From Lytechinus pictus (lineage: Eukaryota): a stretch of DNA of 64,000 nucleotides. Made by a program: the position numbers and the translations under genes. Within the stretch, counting starts at the first letter, position 1; each line of letters begins with the position of its first letter. The stretch spans positions 25,544,001-25,608,000 of the forward strand of contig NC_087260.1 in NCBI RefSeq assembly GCF_037042905.1, written 5' to 3'. Under the pieces are notes generated by a model, which was not told where the DNA came from, ran no database searches, and saw only the letters and a list, made by a program, of their open reading frames with translations. Positions 49,801-57,870 of the stretch are shown here, in pieces.

Positions 49801-51279
49801 TTGATGTACCAGTTAACATCTCTAGGCCCTTTCAAAGGACATGGATATTATCATCTTAGCTTTAGTCTGGCAAGCCTTTTACAAGTACACAAGCATTTTA
49901 AGGAATAAACACCTAATAGGTACCAATTTACCTCACCTGGGTTGAGTGGATCACAATCTGGTTCAATTTCTTGCTGAAGGAAACTACACCATGGCTAGGA
50001 TTCAAACCCACGGCTCTTTGTATCAAAGTCCAGAGACTAGTCCACTGAGCCACAATGCTCCACGTCTTGGAAACATGTCCTCAGGGCCCTATTACATAGA
50101 GCTTTAGCAATCGCTCATTGAGCTGATTTCTACAAATTATTGCATAATTGTTCTGTATCACCAATAAATCAGCCCCATGATCAATTGCTGAGCTTGATGT
50201 TACAGGGCCCAAAATAATACGTTATGAACACATCGATACATTGTAGCTTCCTTCTTTCATTATCATGTGTATGGCACAACACTAACATGAGATTCATCTA
50301 TGACATATTTTGCCAGTGTTTTCACGGACAAATATGCTCCGACCCAATCAAAGAAAGTAGCCATAGAGACAGGTGACCCTTTTAGTCAGGTTCTGTCAGA
50401 AATATTCCTTTCAAATGGGACACAGGTTTCCTGGCCCCTAAAGACAGGTTTGCACTATTATAATAGACAGGTGGCCACCTATACAAGCTCATTACATCTT
50501 CCAACATTAAGCCGATATCCACCATCAAAATGGATAGTGGGAATGCAATGTCAGGGTGCATGATGAGTTGATGACCCCTGGATTGCTTCCTGGAACCAGG
50601 TTGTCCCTAGTCTGCTATGCAGACTCTGAATGGCTCGTGAAGTGGGATCTGCAGCTGGTTTGCGAACCAGCCTGAAAGGGCGAGCGAAGCCAGCCATTTC
50701 AGATCTGCAGGCTCTAGTAGACCTAGTCTGCTATGCAGACTCCTTGAATCAGCTGTGATACACACACTGCAGATGTGGGTCTACAATTGTAGACTGCAGG
50801 CTCTAGTAGACCTAGTCTGCTATGCAGACTCCTTGAATCAGCTGTGATACACACACTGCAGATGTGGGTCTACAATTGTAGACTAGGTTGTCCCTGTACA
50901 AAGTCTATTGGAATAACCAAAGTCAGAAGTCTCAAGGGTTTAAACTTACCACAACATCAACAGTAAGTACAGAATCATCCAGCATCTGAACCTTGAGTGA
51001 CATTGTCTTCCCCTTCTTCCTAGGGGTGGTGCCATCCCGACCCGAAGACATCCCGTCTGATCTCGCAGTGCTGTACGAATGGGTTGGTGTGGCAGCTGGG
51101 CTGTACCCGCCGTAGGAGTACGAGGTCTCTCGATCGCTGAGACCCTCGCGGCTGAGGGTGGTGTCGTTGTAACGACCGTGGTTTTCAGAGAGCTGCGAAA
51201 GGGCCATGGAGTCCTCCCGCTTCATGGGCGACACAGGGACTGGTTCTCCGCGAGATCCAGCAGCCTCATAGTCGCTCAT
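6641..51279 (-). CDS. FARP1: FARP1/FARP2/FRMD7-family FERM protein, 10 coding exons: join(50950-51279,32475-32579,30043-30085,18842-18920,18103-18200,17100-17223,16093-16336,10717-10880,9744-9806,6641-9308), 1305 aa
   Basis: All junctions are GT-AG with matching phases (0,0,1,2,1,2,0,2,2). The translation aligns with human FARP1 as I recall it: [112 protein letters not shown]. The symbol denotes the family: an invertebrate gene would probably be a co-orthologue of FARP1, FARP2 and FRMD7. Confidence 0.9.
9744..9806 (-). CDS. FARP1: FARP-like coding exon 9 ([21 protein letters not shown]), FERM-adjacent domain
   Basis: 63 nt, phase 2-2. Acceptor tctttctttttcag, donor [14 protein letters not shown] matches FARP1. 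Confidence 0.93.
10183..10378. mobile_element. Tc1/mariner-type MITE
   Basis: ~28-bp imperfect TIR (CAGTTGTGCTCAAAAGTTAGTGAACCCC-like), flanked by TA on both sides. Confidence 0.8.
10405..10705 (-). mobile_element. Penelope-like element / retrozyme fragment with a partial inverted terminal copy
   Basis: ~50-bp inverted repeat (10412-10461 vs 10614-10664) that starts at the cleavage-site palindrome of a minimal hammerhead motif at 10448-10490. Confidence 0.6.
10448..10490 (-). ncRNA. Minimal type-I hammerhead ribozyme motif, degenerate (G12>U)
   Basis: Minus strand reads AAUCAUCC CUGAAGA A GGUC UAU GACC UAAA AU UU GGAAGAUU. Stem I is 7/8 bp, the core is CUGANGA, stem II is 4 bp, and stem III is the palindromic AAAUUU. 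Confidence 0.6.
10717..10880 (-). CDS. FARP1: FARP-like coding exon 8 ([54 protein letters not shown]), end of FERM-C and start of the FA domain
   Basis: 164 nt, phase 0-2. Acceptor ctctcctgcttcacag, donor CAG|GTATGT. Confidence 0.95.
11400..12066. repeat. Minisatellite: six copies of a ~58-bp core separated by variable CT/CCAT-rich linkers
   Basis: Core tcaacgattgacatgattatcataaggaaccagtacatagctagactggtcatctctc at ~11401, 11545, 11655, 11768, 11882 and 12008. Confidence 0.9.
12175..12626. mobile_element. Degraded PIF/Harbinger-like MITE
   Basis: Imperfect TIR ggggtgtgttcat / atgaacgcaacccc. TSD unclear. Confidence 0.4.
13688..13839 (+). mobile_element. 5'-truncated LINE 3' end (CR1/L2-group ORF2 C-terminus, 3'UTR and tail)
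   Basis: 13688-13765 translates [25 protein letters not shown], fitting the WNxLPxxV...SxxxFKxxLD C-terminal motif of CR1/L2-group RTs. A short UTR and a (TCCAGA)n tail follow. Confidence 0.65.
14651..14672 (-). promoter_or_regulatory. ETS (CCGGAAGT) + YY1 (AAAATGGCGGC) promoter-like module inside the hAT element
   Basis: Adjacent consensus sites in a CpG-rich patch, oriented in the host gene's sense. Confidence 0.4.
15467..16074. mobile_element. Kolobok-like MITE (AGG(T/A)CAAGTCCACCCC TIR, TTAA TSD), copy 1
   Basis: TTAA on both sides and long imperfect TIRs. Carries TGACGTCA at 15883. Other copies at 36281 and 61963. Confidence 0.9.
16093..16336 (-). CDS. FARP1: FARP-like coding exon 7 ([22 protein letters not shown]...[11 protein letters not shown]), FERM F3 lobe
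   Basis: 244 nt, phase 2-0. Acceptor ccccactccag, donor GTAAGT. Overlaps track ORF 16075..16326. Confidence 0.96.
17100..17223 (-). CDS. FARP1: FARP-like coding exon 6 ([40 protein letters not shown])
   Basis: 124 nt, phase 1-2. Acceptor cttcctttttcag, donor GTAAGT. Contains the E.GDY and P.Q....E.KI..YH motifs. Confidence 0.93.
18103..18200 (-). CDS. FARP1: FARP-like coding exon 5 ([32 protein letters not shown]), FERM F2 lobe
   Basis: 98 nt, phase 2-1. Acceptor ttgcacag, donor AAG|GTGAGT. Confidence 0.94.
18242..18465. repeat. Imperfect (GAT/GGT)n microsatellite
   Basis: Seen directly. It accounts for the poly-His/Asp/Met ORFs in the track. Confidence 0.95.
18511..18850. repeat. 170-bp tandem duplication that includes the exon 4 donor site
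   Basis: 18511-18680 and 18681-18850 differ at only one position that I could see. Confidence 0.93.
18842..18920 (-). CDS. FARP1: FARP-like coding exon 4 ([25 protein letters not shown])
   Basis: 79 nt, phase 1-2. Acceptor tatctttcag, donor GTAAGT. Contains the VKFY..DP.QL.EE.T motif. Confidence 0.93.
19756..19882. mobile_element. PIF/Harbinger-like MITE (GGGGCCCGTTGCAGAAAGAGTTGC TIR), copy 1
   Basis: 24-bp TIR with one mismatch. Sits at the end of an older related MITE (~19510-19758). Second copy at 39098. Confidence 0.85.
21761..21975. repeat. Degenerate triple repeat (gaaaag..agcagaaactggctca...tttgcttt)
   Basis: Three similar units at ~21761, ~21849 and ~21927. Confidence 0.6.
22321..22605 (+). 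mobile_element. tRNA-derived SINE, family A, copy 1
   Basis: A box TGGTCTAGTGG, B box GGTTCGAAT, core ccttcagcaagaaattt...acccaggtgaggtaaatgggtacc (Nin/Deu-type-like), (ATT/ATC)n tail. Homologous copies at 49111 and 49780. Confidence 0.85.
23064..23197. repeat. Three copies of tatctgcaagttattccattcaaacgtgtct with A-rich spacers
   Basis: Seen directly. Confidence 0.85.
25246..25875. repeat. (CAT/CAC)n microsatellite spanning an assembly gap (N 25464-25623)
   Basis: Seen directly. Includes a ~120-bp internal duplication after the gap. Confidence 0.95.
27947..28341. mobile_element. TTAA-flanked Kolobok-like non-autonomous element
   Basis: TTAA on both sides. Imperfect TIR ag(c/a)taaat...agttg. 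CpG-richer than its flanks. Confidence 0.55.
30043..30085 (-). CDS. FARP1: FARP-like coding exon 3 ([14 protein letters not shown])
   Basis: 43 nt, phase 0-1. Acceptor ttttctcattctatag, donor CAG|GTGAGT. Matches the FERM WL...KP..KQ motif. Confidence 0.92.
30116..30370 (-). mobile_element. tRNA-derived SINE, family B, with 10-bp TSD
   Basis: Minus-strand head ggtgtgtTGGCTCAGTTGGtagagcg...GGTTCAAACCcc and a (TTTTCA)n tail. atgaaaatga is duplicated at 30106-30115 and 30371-30380. Confidence 0.88.
30633..31083. mobile_element. MITE family with TGACACCGTTCTCA..AAACTAGTTTACTGGAAAC TIRs, copy 1
   Basis: ~45-bp imperfect TIR. Homologous to 37402-37821, 40352-41055 and a fragment at ~33400-33500. 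Confidence 0.88.
31207..31590. mobile_element. PIF/Harbinger MITE (TACCCCTTTCACAAACCCA TIR, TTA TSD)
   Basis: Perfect 19-bp TIR with TTA on both sides. Internal ATTATCCGC/GCGGATAAT subrepeats. Confidence 0.92.
32475..32579 (-). CDS. FARP1: FARP-like coding exon 2 ([35 protein letters not shown]), FERM F1 lobe
   Basis: 105 nt, phase 0-0. Acceptor ctctctctcatttcag, donor GTAAGT. Contains the DYFGL FERM motif. Confidence 0.93.
36281..36688. mobile_element. Kolobok-like MITE, copy 2 (internally deleted)
   Basis: Starts TTAA-AGGTCAAGTCCACCCC, is colinear with copy 1 for ~360 bp, and ends ggcct-TTAA. Confidence 0.85.
37089..37275. mobile_element. Harbinger-like MITE (GGGGGTGTTTCACAAAGATT TIR)
   Basis: Imperfect ~45-bp inverted termini. 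Confidence 0.7.
37402..37821. mobile_element. TGACACCGTTCTCA MITE family, copy 2
   Basis: Colinear with 30633-31083. Confidence 0.88.
39098..39240. mobile_element. PIF/Harbinger-like MITE, copy 2
   Basis: Same TIRs and interior as 19756-19882. Confidence 0.87.
39490..40350. repeat. Old, diverged minisatellite (gttgaaccatatcaaacatgaaag..catc.ggcctcattcacactga.atatccttg)
   Basis: The motifs tgaacca and ggcc(c/t)cattcacact recur many times at irregular spacing. Confidence 0.65.
40352..41055. mobile_element. TGACACCGTTCTCA MITE family, head-to-head composite (reverse copy plus partial forward copy)
   Basis: 40352-~40775 is a reverse copy and ~40795-41055 a forward copy. TA flanks both ends. 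Confidence 0.85.
45812..46215. other. Assembly gap
   Basis: Run of N. Confidence 1.
49111..49408 (+). mobile_element. tRNA-derived SINE, family A, copy 2
   Basis: A box TGGCCCAGTGG, B box GGTTTGAATCC, and the same core as 22321. Confidence 0.85.
49780..50063 (-). mobile_element. tRNA-derived SINE, family A, copy 3 (inverted relative to copy 2)
   Basis: Reverse complement of the copy 2 head and core. Confidence 0.8.
50084..50210. mobile_element. Short GGGCCC-terminated MITE
   Basis: ~27-bp imperfect TIR. A related end lies at ~15420-15451. Confidence 0.55.
50608..50885. mobile_element. TAGTCTGC-terminated composite MITE with perfect 9-bp TSD and an internal 89-bp tandem duplication
   Basis: GGTTGTCCC at 50599-50607 and 50886-50894. 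tagtctgctatgcagactc occurs at 50608, 50724 and 50813. Confidence 0.9.
50950..51279 (-). CDS. FARP1: FARP-like coding exon 1 (MSDYEAAG...[22 protein letters not shown]); the exon probably extends to 51411 as 5'UTR
   Basis: ATG at 51279, with an in-frame upstream TGA at 51322-51324. Donor GTG|GTAAGT at 50950/50949. Acceptor ttttcatttcacacag ends at 51412, implying a further non-coding exon upstream that I did not find in the window. Confidence 0.85.
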
Positions 51280-54200
51280 CGTATGCACCAGTCCGGGGTT
51301 GAGTGTGAAATGCGTATGTTCTCAAGGCACCGGTGTTGTCCTGCAGCAACTTCTGTCTGTTTAGAGTGATTAATCCAGAGACATCCTAAGAATGGCCAAT
51401 GAAGAGGAAATCTGTGTGAAATGAAAACAGATGGAGAGTCAAACTACAGGAAAATATTTTGATTTGATTCAGGTTGATTTGTAAAACTTTAAAAAAAATT
51501 CCCCTATGTGATAATGTAGCCCTACATGTACAAGCAAATGATCCTACATGTGCAAAGATTATTCATATATTCAATACCAAACAAAATTTCATGAATCACA
51601 TAAAACAATTTTTAAAATTCTACATCACATATTGATGACAATGAAAGAAATTCAATAATTAAACAGATTCATAGGGGGAATTCGTAATAAAGGATAGCTT
51701 TATATATTTTATCCAAAAAGAATACATGTAGATAAAGAATAATGATTTTGCAACAATTAAAAAAATAAACTTTCAAATTTAAAAAGATTACAGTATCACA
51801 GGTTTTAAACGTACACAGAAACTGTATCCGTAATAAAACAACCATGAATACATCAAGTAAATACATATGTCTTATTGTCATAAATCATACACTGCACTCA
51901 ACACACATGTACTCCAAGCATCATGCACACATTACACTGGTCATCATGGCCATGGTCTTATCCTCCGATAATCCCTATTAATCCCCTTTAATCCCTATTA
52001 CCATGCCCACTCCTTAGAACAGAAAGGGATGAAATCTACTCAGCCCACACAGTGCTTATAGGACAATAACCCATCTGTGTGCATTAAAACAATAACTGTG
52101 TACAGTTTGTTGACCTTTTCCTGGAGTACTCCTCACTCTGGCTACAGTGTATTTTGTTTTCCTTTCTATTATTCATCAAAGGAGACAATATGAACCACAT
52201 CTACAATGTACATGTGTACATATAATCTCTCAAAAAAAAATGATACAACCTATTTGAGATCCGACCAGTAATATAGGCATAGTGACATATGCATTCATGC
52301 AGGCTCTACATGTACGTAGGCACTACATATACATGCAGCCCGGGAGGGGGGGGGGGCACTTCCATTGACGAGTGGATACGATGCGTGACCAAAAAACATG
52401 TAAAAAGGATCTCTTTTGCAAGAAAGGGCACGTTTATACATACATGTACATAACGTAATAAGGGTGTCAACAACATTAAAATAATTTTAAAAGGGTATAT
52501 ATTTCGCTAGGAAAACTATCCAATTTGCGAGGGTATAAACAGACTTAAATATCTTTTTGCCTCAACACTACATGTTTAGGGTCCGATTTGGGTTAAAAGG
52601 GTTAAGAGGCTCACAATCCCTGTAGGATGACAGGTACATGTAGGCTATAAAGGCATGAAAAATGACTTTGATTTGCTCCTGCTGTGCACCGTCATAACAG
52701 GTGCACTCATGTACAAAATAAAAATTACCTCAGAACCAGGCACAGATAGGGTGAGCAAAAGGGGGCACACCCGCCCCACCCATTTTTGGCTTGCGAGTCA
52801 GAATTCTTTTTAACTCTTACTATGCCATGCCCAATACCCCTATAGTGCCAGGGATATTCGAGGGAATCCTAAATTGACCGAAACGTAAGCAGAGACCGAT
52901 TTTAAAACGGTCATATCTCTTTACCCGTACGTTGTATAATGAAACCTTCTACATATGAAATGATGCATGGTTCATGAACTTTATGATCATGTTATGACCT
53001 TTCATATTTGCAATCGGAAAAATTGAGAAAAGATGAAATATTTTACATAGTTTTTTTTCAATAAGTAAAACCTAGAAAATTACGGTTTCATGAACATTTC
53101 AAAGAGTAAATAACCTGAGTAATTGTAGAGATACCAAAAAATTAAGAGGATAAAATTAAAGTTCAATGTTTACCCTTTCAAATGACGTATCTATTGATGA
53201 AATTGAGCAAACAGAAATATGAAAAATAATGCTCTTTTTAATGAAATACTATTTTGCTATTCAAGTTATTTCCTCTGAAATGTGAGAGGGTTTATACACA
53301 CGAAATAGAAACCGACCTTTCCAAAAAAGGGCATTGTCGTCGATCAAGTGACCAATCACAACACAGCTGCGATCCCCACGCAAACACACACAATAATATA
53401 TTAGAGCCATGTATCTTCACAGTGCAGCCAACCGTACCCTTACATTCGTGTAGTCTTCAAAACAAGACCCTGTAATTTTTCAGAATGCGCGGTATTCCGA
53501 AACAACCGCTATGGGGGAAACAAAATTATTAGCGCAGTGTAAATTTTATGTCATTTCAATTCTTGTCAATATTGTCGTAATGCAAAACATGTTTTTAGAA
53601 AAATCGTAACCTGGATACGATTTGTGGTGTGCGATGCACTCAACTATATACTGTTTTGGATAATGTAGGCGATTTCTATCCAGTGTCGGCAACAGACATT
53701 TGCGACCCTCTCAACTATCGATCAAAAGCATGAATCAGTGTAAAGTTTGGCCATATTTTGTCAGGGTCGATTCGTCGTACATACTATACGGGCTTTCGTA
53801 CTGTAACAAAGTTATTGCCAGTCAGAAGGAGACAAAATATAGAAAACTAAAGATGATATATTGAAATATAGATAAAGAGGGATCGGACAGATTCAATACT
53901 AACGGGTTTGGGGTGTAAAATCCCACAAAATAATATGGGCGTTTTTGGCAAAGTACACAGAACTAAGAAAAAATGTTTATTTTTCGTGAATCAAGAAGAG
54001 GAAATACAGATCAGTTACAAACTAAAAATAAATTCAATACAAATTTTCAAAAAGAAATTTTAGTTCTATTTGTTCTGTATTTGTGGTCTGACCCCCCCCC
54101 TCGCCTTACAAAAAAGTGAGGTCAGGTGGAAATGTTTATGTTGATTTTTAGCCCTTTTTGTGATGACCAAGGTTGAATACAAAATTAAATGTATTTATTA

Positions 54201-55994
54201 CAAAACATAATTCTAGCATAATATTCATACGTTATCATTATTACGTAAATAACTGATCTCACATCTCTCTTTCTCTCTCTCTCTCTTTCCATCTATCTAT
54301 CTATCCATCTCTCGTAATCTCTGATCTCTCTCTCCTTTCTTTTTCATGCCGTGTTTTTTTTTCACTTTTATTTTACTTTTATATCTTTGCATAGATTCTG
54401 TGCTTAAATGATAAACGATTATTTACAGTGAGCTAATGAATTATAATGAGAGTAACAAAACTACTACTACTACTACTACTACTACACTACAACTACTTTT
54501 TACAGCAGTACAAAAACTGGGTGTCCTGGTCGGACAAATGAATCGCTTAAAATATTATGAACGTTGATATTTGTGAACACTCATTCTTAAACTGTCAAAA
54601 AATGTTAAGGTTGATCCGTTTTGAAGTAAGAGACCCCCCCCCCCCCCCCCCGGCTTCCAGGGTAACCAAAATTAAGATAAATATAATGAATAATTACGCA
54701 ATTAGAATTTTGTGATTACAGTCATTATAAGACTGGTATTCTGACAATTTATAGACTGTAATCTGGGCCAACTATGCATCTCGTACATGCCAAGGAATGG
54801 ACAATACATGCCGGATATTCTTTTTCGTGTGGATAATATCATGCAATATGAATATGAAAATATAATGGCAATTTTAGACAAGAAAAGGGCCCCATTGCAT
54901 ATTATGTCTTTGAATAATTGATTATTTTCAAACTTTAGGCTTCATTCATTCCGCAAGCGAGCAAAGTAGCCACCTGTCTGATAGCGACTGCATTTTTATT
55001 GTTCATGCCACCAAGTCATGAACAATAGATGCCCAGACTCCCTTTCACGAGGAATGTCTAATCCGCACTCCCTCCTGACCTATTATCGAGGAGAGCAATT
55101 TAGCACAGGATGTTCATAGAAATCGGGCCACGCGCGCGTCTTTTGATTTGAATACTTTCAAAGGTTCCGATACGCACAATAGCTTTTCTCTCCGTTGAGA
55201 TCAAGATTAAGATTCCTCCGTCTCTTTCCCCAACACCTTCCATTGACTTATTGCCATTAAAGTACATAATTTTTATTCAAATATTTGTTTCGACTTTAAG
55301 ACATTTAGCATCGACAATATACGTCAAATTTCCTGTAATCTAAATGATGATGATGATAATGATAGGGATGATGGTAAAGATGGCATGGATAATGTCGAGA
55401 ATGAGAACAAGAAATCACGGGGAAACAGCACACCTTGTAGCTGAAGCCTATTTTGCATATTTAGAAATAAAGGATAAAGATAAGATTTATGATTGAAGAA
55501 ATGTATAGGCTATATAATCCTTGACAAATCAAAAATACAGGAAATTGAAAGATAAAAGATGGAACATAAATAACGAAGCAATGGGGTTTGAAGGTAGAAA
55601 TTACTAACAATTTGGAGAAATTTAGATCTTTATAATTTGTTGAACCTTACGATTGTTTATTCAAATAATATGTTTGTAATGGATCATCTATCAGAAAAGT
55701 AAGATATTGCTTTCGACAATATCAGAAATTATATTTTCTACACCTCTTTATTTGTGATATTTATAATTACCCCGTCATTAAAAATATCAATCTAGTAAGG
55801 ATTAATTTTACTTCCCCTTCCCTGAAATAAAAATTAAATGGACATTATTTGCTGTTCAAATGATATATAAGTGACACCACTAAGTTTCTTTATACCGTGC
55901 ATTGTCAATATTCATGCAGTAGGACTTATGCACAATCAACATACTCGATATGTTAGTACAATTTACATTTCCAATTATTAAATTTGCTTGATAT

Positions 55995-57038
55995 ATTATT
56001 TTTTTTCCATTTAGTAGTAATCCAGTTTATGCTTCCCGATTTGCCATATGAGCTCAGCGTGTAGGGGAATATACCCATTATATTTTTGCTGGCAAAAAGG
56101 AAGAAACAAAAGAAAGTGGAACATCGGAAGAAATTATGCATTGATTGATATAAATTATTTCTCGCTAATAAAACAAATGAGGAAGAATAAAAAAAAACGC
56201 ATTACGGAAAATGCATGACATTCACAGAATTTTGTAAATAAAAGATTATGAAAAGTGCGTTTACTCGCTTGATTCGCTCACTCACACTTTTCTTTTTTTT
56301 TAAATCTTCCTTACACCCATCATATTTTTATTTCACCCTTGTCACATTGATAACATATATTTTGTTGATGATCAAAATAATATTTAGGTTTCTTACCGTA
56401 ACCGATGCAAATTTGATGTTTATTTTTTCCACCAAAATTGGTACGTAATTTGGTGTTGTTATCAAATTTTCCTGATCCATTTTTTTTTTCATTTAGTAGT
56501 ATATGATATCAGATTTGACATATGAGCTCAGCGTGTAGGGGGATTTACCCATCATCGTTTTGCTGGCAAAAAGGGAGAAACAAAAGAAAGCGGATCATCG
56601 GAAGAAATGATACATTGATTAATATAAATTATATCCCGCTAATAAAACAAATGATGAAGAATGGGGGAAAAAACGCATTGCGGAAAATGCATGACATTCA
56701 CAGAATTTTGTAAATAAAAGATCATGAAAAGTGCGTTTACTCGCTTGATTTGCTCACTCCCATTTTCTCTTTTTTTTCTTCCTTACACACATCATACTTT
56801 TTATTTCGCCCTTGCCACATTGACATCATATATTTTGTTGATGATCAAAATAATATTTAGGTTTCTTTCCGTAACCGATGCAAATTTGATGCTTATTTTT
56901 TCCACCAAACTTGGTACATTATTTGGTGTTGTTATCAATTTTGCTTGATTCATTTTTTTCGTTTAGTAGTATATGATATCACATTTGACATAAGAGCTCA
57001 GCGTGTAGGGGAATTTACCCATCATCTTTTTGCTGGCA
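55995..57038. repeat. ~472-bp tandem repeat, 2.2 copies, inside the piggyBac-like element
   Basis: gagctcagcgtgtagggg recurs at ~56050, ~56524 and ~56994. The duplicated ORFs MKSAFTRLI... reflect this repeat. Confidence 0.92.
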
Positions 57039-57769
57039 TTGATTGCCCTTACACATTTTTGTACACATTGCCTATTGACTTGGGGAAAAGCGAAGATTTT
57101 ACAAAATAACACGACTTTTTCCTCGTAAATTTCTTAACTATTCTGTTGATTTGAGAAGCGACACCTTTGTTTCTAGAAAGAAAAAATGTCTGCTCTTTCA
57201 TATTTACATTTACTAAAAATCCTGAAAACACTTCAGTTTGGCGCAATTAGCAATTGATTCGGAAAACACCGCCACAGATCCAAATACCAGCAATGTACCA
57301 AAACGGCTCCGCCGCAGGGAGAGGTTAATTATCACTTTTTTTTGCTTCGTCCTATTTTATTCGAGGAGAAAATTGAACAATTCATATTTTTGTGAGAAGT
57401 TTGAATATGATATTAATAAGCGTAACAATATCAATAATTCTTTTTTTATAATGGTAGGGCTATAAAAACACAAACGAATATGAACCATTATTTACCTGAT
57501 CTTAAGTTTATAAAGAGAGAGTTTTGCTGCAGGAGAAATGCAATTAATATGATTACAATCATTTTTATGACATAATATGTAATTATAATATTTATGACTG
57601 TTTTCACAAAATATTACTAAACTTTGAAATTCAATAACTTTGTTATTTGTTATCCGATTTTGATGAAATTTTCGGTATTTTGCTCAGTGAATTCTGCTTT
57701 GTATATAAAACTATAAATACTTTCAGCCGGGACCATCCCTTTTATACTAAAAAAGAAGGTGAAAGAGAA

Positions 57770-57870
57770 GAATAATGATAATAATAATTATAATAACAAT
57801 AACAATAACAATAATGATAATAATAATTATAATAATAGTAATACTAATAATGATAATATTAATAACAATA
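57770..57870. repeat. (AAT/AAC)n microsatellite
   Basis: Seen directly. Confidence 0.9.

Noticed and set aside
51280-51288. Track start at 51288 (MHT...)
   Set aside because: That codon is GTG. The first in-frame ATG after the upstream stop is at 51279.
56248-56948. Duplicated ORFs MKSAFTRLI... as a tandem gene pair
   Set aside because: They sit in an AT-rich tandem repeat, and indels between the copies change the reading and the stop. There is no coding signature.
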